From Stegostoma tigrinum (taxonomy: Eukaryota), in the NCBI RefSeq assembly GCF_030684315.1, contig NC_081379.1, positions 42,468,381 to 42,532,380 of the forward strand: 64,000 nucleotides of DNA. Direction: 5' to 3'. Both the position numbers and the translations under genes were made by a program. The notes below the pieces were generated by a model that saw only the letters and a list, made by a program, of their open reading frames with translations, was not told where the DNA came from and did not search any database. Positions 36,795 through 48,366 of the stretch are shown one piece after another (the stretch's first letter is position 1; each line of letters starts with the position of its first letter).

Positions 36795-37976
36795 GTAAGT
36801 AAATTGAGATGCACGATTACTGCGGAAGTCTCAAAAATTAGTTGAAAATTATTGGTTCGGTAGATTAAACGAGATAAAATCTGGCTTATTGTTCCTAAAT
36901 ATATATATATATAGTGAACCAGTGAATCTGCATTATATGATATGGAAGGATGGGTCAGGCAGAAATGCGAGATAACAAAGTGTAGAGCTGGATGAACACG
37001 GCAAGCTTAAGCAGCATCAGAGGTGCAGGAATGTTTCGGAACGTCAGCTTTCCTGCTCCTCTAGTGCTGCTTGGCCTCTGCGGTCTTCCGGCTCTACACC
37101 TTATTATCTCAGATTCTCCACCACCTGCAGTTCCGACTGATTCTCAGGCAGAGATGCGGTTATTTAAAGGTGTATGATCTGGGCTGTAAACAGGAAACCG
37201 GTCTAATCGTTTCCCAGGTTGTCCTGGCTTTATTTCGATCCAAGTGCGGCTGTTATCGTGCAGTGGTGGTGTCCCTAATGCTAGATTAGACGGCTCCATT
37301 TGATTCAGAGACGTCTTACAAGATAATTAAATAGGTTGATTAAAAATACCCAAAACGCTTTCGGAGAAAGTCAAGGTGAAGAAACTTTACCGTCACGTTC
37401 CACATTCTGCTGGAATTGTGCGGTCATTTTCAGAGATCGGGCAGCCGCTGGCCCGGGTCGATAAACATAATTTCATTTGGAGTGGGTTGGAAGGACAAGA
37501 CGTGATGTTTATTTACGCAGGAGGGGTTCTCACTGTAGTGCCTTATTTCTAAGAATTGAGCGAGCAGAACCAAGGTAGTCTTTAAAAGAGAAAGGAGGGG
37601 GAGAAGCTGCTGCTTCTGAGTACTGGAATTCTTTGGCCGCTGGGTTTTTCAGACTGACAAACCCTGGATTCCGATAGCCTCGTTCCTCTGGCTGAAATAT
37701 ACAGCTAAACGCTTCATTCCATTTCGATCTTGGGAGATTGAAGCCCCAGTCTCGGTTAAGGATAGATAGTCGGGCAACTTGCTGCAATTCAGCCTCGCAT
37801 CCAAACCCAGTGAAACAACCTCAATCTCATATTTCGCGATACTGAGTCGGAAAAGTCTTTCGAACATATTGTATATTCATTCAATTGGATTTTCCCGCTG
37901 TTTCTGTGATCACCGTAGGAACAGTACAAGTACATATTCGTTGTTGATATTTCATCTTCTGTTTTCGGCAACATGA

Positions 37977-38896
37977 TGAGGGGATTGAAGGATGGGTCAG
38001 CAAGTTTGCAGACGACACAAAGGTTGGAGGTGTCTTTGACAGTATAGAAGGCTGTTGTAGGCTGCAGCGGGACATTGACAGGATGCAGAGATGGGCTGAG
38101 AGGTGGCAGATGGAATTCAACCTGGATAAATGCGAGGTGATGCATTTTGGAAGGTCGAATTTGAAAGCTGAGTACAGGATTAAGGATAGGATTCTTGGCA
38201 GTGTGGAGGAACAGAGGGATCTTGGTGTGCAAATACATAGATCCCTTAAAATGGCCACAAAAGTGGACAGGGTTGTTAAGAAAGCATATGGTGTTTTGGC
38301 TTTCATTAACAGGGGGATTGAGTTTAAGAGTCGTGAGATCTTGTTGCAGCTCTATAAAACTTTGGTTAGACCGCACTTGGAATACTGCGTCCAGTTCTGG
38401 TCGCCCTATTATAGGAAAGATGTGGATGCTTTGGAGAGGGTTCAGAGGAGGTTTACCAGGATGCTGCCTGGACTGGAGGGCTTATCTTATGGAGAGGTTG
38501 ACTGAGCTCGGACTCTTTTCATTGGAGAAAAGGAGGAGGAGAGGGGACCTAATTGAGGTATACAAGATAATGAGAGGCATAGATAGAGTTGATAGCCAGA
38601 GACTATTTCCCAGGGCAGAAATGGCTAGCACGAGGGGTCATAGTTTTAAGCTGGTTGGCGGAAAGTATAGAGGGGATGTCAGAGGCGGATTCTTTACGCA
38701 GAGAGTTGTGAGAGCATGGAATGCGTTACCAGCAGCAGTTGTGGAAGCAAGGTCGTTGGGGACATTTAAGAGACTGCTGGACATGCATATGGTCACAGAA
38801 ATTTGAGAGTGCATACATGAGGATCAATGGTCGGCACAACATTGTGGGCTGAAGGGCCTGTTCTGTGCTGTACTGTTCTATGTTCTATGTTCTATG
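37977..38896 (+). mobile_element. Young 5'-truncated CR1 (HER1-like) LINE in the gene B J-C intron
   Basis: KFADDTK...MEFNLDKCEVMHFG...LVRPHLEYCVQFWSP...FFTQRVVRAWNALP with one frameshift. Ends in a (TTCTATG)n tail. Confidence 0.92.
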
Positions 38897-39044
38897 ACGT
38901 GAAATGCACCAAGTTGTGATAGGAAACAAAAAAATTCAGTCATATTTTCAACAGTTTCCTGAAAATAAAAGCGCCCAATTTTAAAAAGGCCACGGGAAGT
39001 TAGTTCGCGGTAAAACACTTGGACAATTATATAAAAAGAATTCA

Positions 39045-39272
39045 GAGATAGTGGAAACTGCCCATGTTGGAGAATCTGAGATAACAAGGTGTAGAACCGG
39101 ATGAACACAGCAGGCCAAGCAGCATCAGAGGAGCAGGAAAACCGACGTGTCGGGTCTGGACACGTCTTCACTCAAAGGGTCTGAAGAACGGTCTCGGCCC
39201 GAAAAGTCAGCTTTCCTGTTCCCCTGGTGCTGCTTGGCCTGCTGTGTTCATCCAGTTCTACACCTTGTTATA
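39045..39272. mobile_element. Older palindromic Penelope-derived element
   Basis: Imperfect inverted repeat ataacaaggtgtagaaccggatgaacacagcaggccaagcagca ... tgctgcttggcctgctgtgttcatccagttctacaccttgttat. Confidence 0.75.
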
Positions 39273-40359
39273 TAATACGAAGGCAAGCCCTGCTCCACGT
39301 ATCGGAGATTTCAGATATTCCATACGTATATTGTCATAATGTTCAAATAACTTCTAGCTGTTGCAAGGAGATCACACTTACAGCTGTTTGTGATACAGAA
39401 AGTCTCTGACCAAATTCAACTGCCAAGTTCCCAGACGGAACTTTAACAACGGCAAAGATTTGTTAAATTGACAAGGGGGCTGATCTGGGACGGCCAAAGC
39501 GCTCCGGAAGACCTGGTCCAAACATCACAATATCACAAAAAATATGAAGCAGGTCAATCTCTACTTTTAGAGATGAACAAAGAAATGACATTTCCACATT
39601 TTCTTCACCGCTTTTCATTAAGTGATCAAATGTACCGAGTGATTCGCGTTGTCAACTGAAGCGTGTAAAATTTGAGGCCGAGGCTGGGGACTCTGACAGT
39701 TCGGTGTCAGTACATTCAATCGCACTGGGCGACAGATCATGGTCGCTATCGTCGGAACCATTCTTCCTTTACTCTAGAATTTCGGAAACGTAAGACTTAA
39801 CGACATCTGAGTGCTGTGATTAAATGCGTCTTTTTTTGAGGAACTTGTTCCGCATTTAGCAAGGCTCCGCGCAGATATAGTTGGTTCCCAAACGAAGGTT
39901 ATTTATAGGGAAAATCCAACAGAGTTGCCACGCTGTAAATCAGAAACTAAAGCAGAAGTTGCTGGAAAAGCTCTCAGGTTGGGTCCCATTTGTGAAGAGA
40001 AATCGGGGCTGGGTCACCGGACCCGAAACGTTAACTCTTCGCAGATTTTGCCAGACCTGCTGATATTTCCCAGCAGCTTCTGTTTTTGCGGCTATTTATA
40101 GGTGGCGGTTTTCTGTGCAGTGAGAAAGTGTGATCCCAATAACGTTGACGCAAGAACAGTCTTCCGAAGGTTTGCACATTAAATTACAGGGAAGCGAGGA
40201 ACCATGTGGAGAATCTCTTGGAAGCGAGAAAAGCAGCAAAATGGGCTATACAGAAATGCATCTTTAAACGTTTTAAATGTTCCAGCTGTTTCATTTTTCG
40301 GTCAGCGTTAGTTTATTCCGAATTCTAGTTTGTTGCAACTTGTTGTTATTTGAATAGGG

Positions 40360-40915
40360 TCATAGAATCATGACAGCAATAGATAATGCAACACGGAAAC
40401 AGATTCTTCAGACCAACTAGTCCATGCGGAATATAATCCCAAACGAAACTGGTCCCATCTGCCTGTTCCTGGCCCATGTCCCTCCAAACCGTTCCTAGTC
40501 ATGTATCAACACAAATATCTTTTCAATGGAGTAGTTGTACACACATCCGCCACTTCTTCAGGGGGTTCATTGCACACGCGAACCACGCTGTGTGAAAACA
40601 AGATTGCCTCACATTTTTTTCAAGTCTCTCTCCTCCTAGCTTATAAACGTGCCCTGTAGTCTTGAAATACCCCGTCTCCGGGAGAAGGCAACTGCCATCA
40701 ACTCCATCTCTGCCTCTCACTATTTTATAAACTTCTAACATGCCCCTTTCATCCTCCTTCGCTCCAGTGAAAAAAGTATCAGCCTGTACAATCTTTCTTT
40801 AAAACTCAAACCTTGCACATTGGCAACATCCCGGTAAATCTCTTCTGAAACCTCGCTAGTCTGATAGTATCCTCCCTACAACCAGAACCGGACACAGTAT
40901 TTCAAAAGAGGTCTC
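40360..40915 (-). mobile_element. CR1 LINE 3' fragment
   Basis: Peptide LEVYKIVRGRDGVD..KTTGHVYKL; the CR1 tail lies near 40360. Confidence 0.7.
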
Positions 40916-41210
40916 ACCTCTTTTTATTGATAACTCTGGCTATTTACCGCCCTTGTATTTCAACCTCCTCCCCAGAATATTCATGCGTGCCTTGGCATTT
41001 AGAAAGTGAGAATATCAACTCGCGTTAGCTATTTAGCACCGTCAGCCGCAATTGTTGCACTGTTGAACGCAATGAGGATCCGATTCACTAAATTCTTCAT
41101 TATTTTGCAGAATGATGTGAAGCTTTCAAATATTTAAAAACCTTGAAGCACTGACTGCACCATATATACATTAATGATTGGTTCCTCTTCGACTTATTCC
41201 CATTTTTCAG

Positions 41211-41533
41211 ATCCACGAGCGCCTTCACTTTTCCTCTTTCCACCTTCAACCGTTGAAATCACGGAAAAGAACAAGGCGACCCTGGTGTGTTTGGTGAGCG
41301 GTTTTAACCCGGGCGCCGTGGAGGTTCAGTGGACGGTAGACAGAAATGTCAGAGGGAACGGAGTTGAGACCAGTCGGGTCCAGCAGGAAACGGACAACAC
41401 CTTCAGTGTGAGCAGTTATCTGACTCTGACAGCCTCAGAGTGGAATTCACACGAGCTTTACTCCTGTGCGGTTAAACACGAGACTCTAACAAACCCACTT
41501 CAAAAAAGCATCACGAAATCTAGTTGTGTTTGA
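41211..41533 (+). CDS. Ig lambda light chain gene B, constant (CL) exon
   Basis: (D)PRAPSLFLFPPS..ATLVCLVSGFNPG..W..FSVSSYL..SHELYSCAVKH..KSSCV*. Acceptor tttttcag. The spliced CDS is 49+342+323=714 nt and open. Confidence 0.95.
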
Positions 41534-41706
41534 TTCAAGTATCTTCAGTTTTTTTTTCTGCTAGCGGCAAGGTTTGTGTAAAATCAAACAAGCTTGTTGT
41601 AGGAGACAAGTTCAAATCATAACAGGTTACAATTTCTCGGTGCATCTTTTACAAGTGTGTTCACCCTCAATTGGTCAAACAATCAACGTGCACGTGCTCG
41701 CAGTAA

Positions 41707-41712
41707 AATAAA
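41707..41712 (+). terminator. Polyadenylation signal of gene B
   Basis: AATAAA about 175 nt after the stop codon. Confidence 0.65.
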
Positions 41713-43232
41713 AATGACTATTGCTTATCTCAAAAGTTGTAATAATTTTCTATTCACTGACATATTCATTCCTCAACAGCTAGCTAGTTGTGGCGACTCC
41801 TTAATTTTAACGTTTACAACATTCTGCACAGTTTATGATGTCATTTTCATCAGTCGGAAAAATGAGATTCCTTTCAACATATTTTCAAAGATAGAGACAA
41901 ATAGTATGCTTTGGTGCAGCCGTAGTCTCCCTCCATCTGGTTTCAACTCCGCCCTGTTCCAGAGGTGTGTAATAGCACCCTTTGAACATGTGAAAATATC
42001 CACTCAAAGGCAGACCCAACGGAGGTGGTGGTCATGCCTTGGATGAGCAATACTGACCAAATGATCTAGAAATATGGATTCAAATCCTATCTCGGCAGAT
42101 TGAGGAAATTTAAATTCAAACATAAAAGAATCAGTGATTCATAAAGGTGTTTCTGGGCTGCAGTAATTGAGTCAGTTCATTTGAGCCCTCAGGCCTGGCT
42201 TCAAATCTCACCAGCCTCTAAAAATATGGCAGACGTCTGAACAGGTAGTGGAAAATCGTTACTTCCAAGATTGACGCAAGGGCTCTTGTGGTGCAGTGAC
42301 AGCTCCTCCAACTCTGAATAGGTAACATATCTCAAAGATAGATTTGAATGAATCTGGTCCTTATGGAGTAGCGCGAAAACGTTAATCCTTTGTCCATGCC
42401 TCGTAGTTGGAATCAGTGCTTCAAAGTATTGGGTTCGACAAATTCTAGTTAAATATTGCAACTGCCTCTGCTCTGGAATTCAGGGGGACCATTGTCGATG
42501 CGGTTCTGATTCTGCAAACTTCTTTCTTTCAAAATTATCTGATAACTTTAATTGATAGGTTTTGCCCATTTTGAAGCGGCAGATTTGAGTCGCAAGTCAA
42601 TTGGTTATAACGACCAATTCTGTGAACATATAATGTAATATGGTTTAGATTAAAGTCGTGATTTTCTGTAAAACTATTAGCTTCGCACTCACCGTGAGTC
42701 AAGTATAGAATGTTTCCCATTCACTGTCTTTGTTTCAGTCAGAAACAGGGCGAAACCAGATAAATTGTTGCATTTGGAAACGGCAGTTATTATAGGTCAG
42801 AACGAATGCAAACAAACTGCTGTTTGACTTCTGGCGGGGTAGGGTGGAAACGATGATGATTAGGAGGGATATGTTTCAGTTATAGAGCTTTGTGTTTTGT
42901 CTTGAGATAAGCATACATTTCTTCCCTTCGTCTTTAAAAGCCTATGCATTATGTGGCTTCGTTAATTGTCATGCAAGCACAAATTGATGTATTTTTGAAC
43001 GCGCGAATATGGGATTAGTGCAGGAAACTGATGCTGAGTTACAACATTAGGACCTTATTGAATTGTAAAGCATACTCGAGGGCCAAATTACAATATAGTA
43101 TTCTTGGGGTCCAAATCTTGATTTCAATTAATGCCATTGAAAGCCTAAGTGAAAGATATCTCCCACTTCTACCAGCAGTGTTGCTCTGGAGCGAACTTAA
43201 TCAAACCCAGAACTATCACTCCCAAAATACAG

Positions 43233-45260
43233 TGTGAAGCTGGATGAACACAGCAGGCCAAGCAGCATCTCAGGAGCACAAAAGCTGACGTTTCGGGCCT
43301 AGACCCTTCATCAGAAAAGGGGGATGGGCGAGAGTTCTGAAATAAATAGGGAGAGAGGAGGAGGCGGATTGAAGATGGATAGAGGAGAAGATAGTTGGAG
43401 AGGAGAGTATAGGTGGGGAGGTAGGGAGCGGATAGGTCAGTCCGGGGAAGACAGACAGGTCAAGGAGGTGGGATGAGGTTAGTCGGTAGGAGATGGAGGT
43501 GCGGCTTGAGGTGGGTGGAAGGGATGGGTGAGAGGAAGAACAGGTTAGGGAGGCAGAGACAGGCTGGGCTGGTTTTGGGATGCAGTGGGGGGAGGGGAAT
43601 AGGTGGGCTGGTTGTGTGGTGCTGTGGGGGGAGGGGACGAACTGGGCTGGTTTTGGGATGCGGTGGGGGAAGGTGAGATTTTGAAGCTGGTGAAGTCCAC
43701 ATTGATACCATTGGGCTGCAGGGTTCCCAAGCGGAATATGAGTTGCTGTTTCTGCAACCTTCGGTTGGCATCATTGTGGCACTGCAGAAGGCCCATGATG
43801 GACATGTCATCTAAAGAATGGGAGGGGGAGTGGAAATGGTTTGCGACTGGAAGGTGCAGTTGTTTATTGTGAACTGAGTGGAGGTGTTCTGCAAAGCGGT
43901 CTCCAAGCCTCCACTTGGTTTCCCCAGTGTAGAGAAAGCCACACCGGGTACAATGGATACAGTATATCACATTGGCAGATGTGCAGGTGAACCTCTGCTT
44001 AATATGGAAAGTCATCTTGGGGCCTGGGATAGGGGTGAGGGGGGAGGTGTGGGGGCAAGTGTAGCATTTCCTACGGTTGCAGGGGGAGGTGCCGGGTGTG
44101 GTGGGGTTGGAGGGCAGTGTGGAGCGAACAAGGGAGTCACGGAGAGAGTGGTCTCACCGGAAAGCAGACAAGGCTGGGGATGGAAAAATGTCTTGGGTGG
44201 TGGGGTCGGATTGTAGATGCCGGAAGTGTCGGAGGATGATGCGTTGTATCCGGAGGTTGGTGGGGTGGTGTGTGAGAACGAGGGGGTTCCTCTTTGGGCG
44301 GTTGTGGCGGGGGCGGGGTGTGAGGGATGTGTTGCGGGAAATGCGGGAGACACGTTCAAGGGCGTTCTCGACCACTGTGGTGGGGGGGGGGGGGGGGGGG
44401 TGGAGTTGCGGTCCTTGAAGGACTTGGACATCTGGATGTGCAGGAGTGGAATGCCTCATGAACTGGAATGAACTGTTTGAGCTCCTCTGGGGAGCAAGAG
44501 GTGGCGCCGATACAGTCATCAATGTACCGGAGGAAGAGGTGGGGTTTGGGGCCTGTGTAGGTGTGGAAGAGGCACTGTTCCACGTAACCTACAAAGAGGC
44601 AGGCAAAGCTGGGGCCCATGCGGGTGCCCATGGCCACACCCTTTGTCTGTAGGAAGTGGAAGGAATCGAAAGAGAAGTTGTTGAGGGAGAGAGCGGAATG
44701 TGAGTTGCTGTTCCTGCAACCTGGGAACCCTGCAGCCCAATGGTATCAATGTGGACTTCACCAGCTTCAAAATCTCCCCTTCCCCCACCGCGTTCAAAAA
44801 CCAGCCCAGTTTGTCCCCTCCCCCCACTGCACCACACAACCAGCCCAGCTCTTCCCCTCCCTCCATTGCATCCCAAAACCAGCCCAGCCTGTCTCTGCCT
44901 CCCTAACCTGTTCTTCCTCTCACCCATCCCTTCCTCCCACCCCAAGCCGCACCCCCATCTACCTACTAATCTCATCCCACCTCCTTGACCTGTCCGTCTT
45001 CCCTGGACTGACCTATCCCCTCCCTACCTCCCCACCTATACTCTCCTCTCCAACTATCTTCTTTTCTCTTCATCTTCGGTCCGCATCCCCCTCTCTCCCT
45101 ATTTATTCCATAACCCTCACCCCATCCCCCTCTCTGATGAAGGGTCTAGGCCCGAAACGTCAGCTTTTGTGCTCCTGAGATGCTGCTTGGCCTGCTGTGT
45201 TCATCCAGCCTCACATTTTATTATCTTGGATTCTCCTGCATCTGCATTTCCCATTATCTC
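43233..45260. mobile_element. Penelope-like insertion with inverted (hairpin) structure
   Basis: A minus-strand copy (RT fragment AMGTRMGPSFACLFVG..FLRYIDD, GIY-YIG, 3' end; ~43233-44690) is joined to a plus-strand 3'-end copy (~44700-45260). Flanked by a 17-bp duplication tca(c/t)tcccaaaatacag (43216-43232 and 45261-45277). Confidence 0.9.
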
Positions 45261-46949
45261 TCATTCCCAAAATACAGATGGAGTGGAGCAAGATAACACT
45301 GGCTGAAATGACTCTAGATCTAAATGGCAAAGCAGGCATATCAATGTGAAGCTAAAAACGAATAAAAAATACACGCGTATTTAAAGTGGGAATTGCAACA
45401 ATTGGAAGAGGACTGCCTTTTAGGGGTGATTTACCTTATTTACAAGAAATTTCTATTTTCACGAGACAAAATGATAGCAGCTTTCGCATTTGCCAATATA
45501 TGAGACAGAAAGTAGGGCTTATTATTGCTTCATACTGTCAAGAATAATGTCGCCTAATTTGGACTATTTTGAGAGAGAGGGCCGATTTCTTAAAAATAAG
45601 ATCAGAATAATAAAATGCTATGCAGCTGTCCAGTTTAATTTCTTTTCTAACACGACAGTTGGAGCCATCATATGTTTTCCTCGCCATTTTAAATTAGACC
45701 TGCACCAAAATGATGAATATATAGGAGTACACAACGATAACCTCACAATGGTGTAATGTCATCGTTGCAGTTATTTGTAGAAGTTATTCTTCTCACGGCT
45801 TCCAGAGATCCATACTCAGTGCCATGCATTATCATAACCATAATCTCCAACTCTCTTTCAAGCACCTCTGCTTCGCACAATCTTAGAGCTGTCCTGCTTT
45901 TCAGTTCTACTTTATTCTCTGGCTCGTTTGACATTCCATGAAGAAACGTTTTCTCTTTTCAGGCATTAAAGAGAGCGAATTGCAGCATCTCGAGGTGGCC
46001 AAGCACCTCTGGAATCTTCTTCTTCCGCTATTTCCCCTGTCTCCATCTTTTCACCACATCCCAAATTTTGTGGGTTATTTACTGTCTCTTCAGATATTCT
46101 GTTCCCTGATGCTGAACGTTTTGTATCCCTGCCATAGACTTAGCTTTATCCCTCTGCACAGTCACATCAATGAATTTCAGGCAAGCTGTTACATTGAACC
46201 CCCTTGCCTCGATCTCCACGACCATTTCACTGGTTAAGTGTCCACGGCAATTCAATCATTCCTTCACCGACCTCCAACACTCACCCTCCACGTGGAAACC
46301 ACCCTGTGGTATGTTACCTGGCTCAATCTTTTCATTGAGAGCTGTTGACATGATGTCAATCGCTTTGATTTCTCTACATCCCCCACACCTCATCCCCGTC
46401 ACCCTTTCAAAACTGTCTCCCTCTGAAAGGACTACTCTCTGTACTCTCAGATTGAACCTTGACTTTGTAAATAAGACTACGCCATTGCTGTCCAGTGTAA
46501 TGACCACTACATTTTGGAGGCTGATTGCCTACTCTTGTGGACCATGATCCCACCATCTAGCATTACGTTACTATAACCACAACGGTCACTAATCTCGTCT
46601 ATTCTGCGGGTCCCACACATATCCCTGGCACCCCGAAAGCCTCCAAGCTCACAGTTCCCAATTCCAGACAGGCCACATCAAACATCTTTCCAAAAATCAC
46701 AAACAGAACTGTCAGCGTAATCTCATTGCTTCTGTCTTTCTCTCCTTTAGATGCAATTCTTCCTACCTTGATGTGACTTCTCTCCACTTCTCTTGTACAT
46801 TCCCATATACCTCCGTTGTATCAGTTTCAACATTTCCAGTTTGCGGGCACCAGCCACGTCCTCTTCTAAATGCTTTTGCAATCCTCGTACACATGCTTTC
46901 TCCATCAGGAGTGTTCTGCTTCTTCCTGGAAAGAAGGCATGAAGAATTG

Positions 46950-47950
46950 TTATTGAGCACCATTCTCCGCCACCTGGTCAAGCTCATCTTATGTTTGAAC
47001 AGTTTCTCCTTTAACTCATCTCCTTTCCTTTAGATCAACGCTGTGGCCATGCCTACCCACACGGGTCACTCTGGGAAATGTGGCATATTGTTTATTTGGA
47101 TCTTACTTAATATTTTAAGTACATCGATGAGATCTTGAGAACTACTTTTTACTTTCAAAAAGAAATCACCAATTTCACTTCCAAATTTCACTCTTGTCTT
47201 CAACTTCTCCATCTTTGATTCCTGTGCACCATTCCTCCATATCTCTGTTTACATTTCTGGAAATGGGTCGGCTACCACTTTCAAGCCACCGAATTCATAT
47301 ATAAACTGTACAATCACTTCATGATTCCTGTGACTGCCCTATTCCACTTACGCGTTATCTCCTTCAACTGACATTTGGCTCCAAACATGGCTGACAGGAT
47401 AATTAGCCACGTCCTTCAGATTCTACTTCTGCCTTGACCCTTTCTCTTCTGACTTACAAAACTGATAGTGTCCTTCTGACCCACTCTTTCAATGGTTCCA
47501 GCATTTCTATCCAAATGATTCAAAGCTGACATTTCAGCCACACCCAATGGGGTTCCACGATCAGACACATATTTCCTCCCTTCCTTTGTCAGTACTTTGC
47601 TCAGATATTTCCTACAGGACACACTACTCCACTCCTTCTCCACTCTTAATAACTTCTCCCATCCCCATGGAAATGTCCCATGCAACTGCAGAAGGTGAAC
47701 AGTTGTGTATTTACTTCTCCCTCCTGACCGTCCAAGGCTTATGACATACCTTCCAGATGAAGTAATGATTAACCTGCACTTCACTCATTTTAGTTTACTC
47801 TACTCACTACACGTCATGTGGTCTCCTCTACACTGGGGATATGAAACACAGAGTGGATGACTGCCTTGTGGATCGCTCCCCTCTCCCCTCATCAGCATAT
47901 AATCCAACTATTCCTAGCTGCTACGATTTCTGAAGAAAGGTCACAGGACT
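46950..47950 (+). mobile_element. Old, decayed Penelope-like element
   Basis: Peptide LVKLILCLNSFSFNSSPFL followed by a gtggccatg motif. Downstream sequence resembles the GIY-YIG region of the young copies. Confidence 0.5.
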
Positions 47951-48060
47951 CGAATTCATTCCTCTGCTTTCTCTCTACAGATGTGACTAGTCTTGTTGAG
48001 CTTTTCCTGAAATTTAAGTGATTGTTTTGAATCCTCAGTATCTGAAGTTCTTTGTTTAAT

Positions 48061-48366
48061 TACAGTGGTTAGCACTGCTGCCTCACAGGTCTGGTAGTCC
48101 GGGTTTGATTCCACCCTCGGGTGACCATCTATGGTGAGTTTGCACATTCTCCTTGTGTCTGCGTGGGTTTCCTTTGGGTGCTCTGCTGTCGTCAGTGTCA
48201 AAAGATGTGCAGGCTGGATGGATTGGCCATGCTAAATTGCCCATAGTGTTCAGGGATATGTAGATTAAGTGGATTATAGGTGGATTGCTCTGGGTGGGAT
48301 GCTCTGAAGATTGGTGTGGGCTTGATGGGCCAAAGGGCCTGTTTCCACACTGTAGTGATTCTATGA
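48061..48366 (+). mobile_element. HE1-type V-SINE
   Basis: tRNA head (agtggttagcactgctgcctcacag..ggtttgattcc), V-domain (gagtttgcacattctcc..gtgtctgcgtgggtttcc) and a CR1-like tail (gggccaaagggcctgtttcc..gattctatg). Confidence 0.85.
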
